This document shows, one piece after another, positions 1 to 64,000 of a stretch of DNA of 64,000 nucleotides. The position numbers and the translations under genes are program-made. The stretch is from Octopus sinensis (lineage: Eukaryota), in assembly GCF_006345805.1 (NCBI RefSeq), contig NC_042998.1, forward strand, positions 30,814,001-30,878,000. The letters are read 5' to 3'. Positions within the stretch are counted from its first letter, which is position 1. The number at the start of each line of letters is the position of its first letter. The notes under the pieces are model-generated. The model searched no databases. It was not told where the DNA came from and saw only the letters and a list, made by a program, of their open reading frames with translations.

Positions 1-64000
<64,000 letters not shown>

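Overview
This is AT-rich animal genomic DNA, most likely octopus or another cephalopod (inferred from its SINE, microsatellite and Penelope content). The whole window lies inside one very large + strand multi-exon gene with no start or stop visible, which I spliced by eye using GT/AG sites and phase matching into about 4,450 codons. Bases 376-26151 form a near-identical ~2.13-kb tandem array of a three-exon module. Each module encodes a ~129-aa Cys-bounded, divergent discoidin/F5/8C-like domain plus a 23-aa Thr/Pro linker; there are 12 full copies, a chimeric 13th and a divergent 14th at 44.3-46.2 kb. A ~6-kb single mucin PTS exon (30899-36881) follows, then SCO-spondin-like exons (VWC-like, TSP1, TSP1, TIL, VWC-like, TSP1). 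The introns hold two Penelope-like inverted-repeat elements carrying hammerhead ribozyme motifs, a tRNA-headed SINE with a degenerate minimal hammerhead, a young non-autonomous LTR element, a LINE endonuclease relic, MITEs, SINEs and long microsatellites. Domain and family names come from motif recognition, not database searches.
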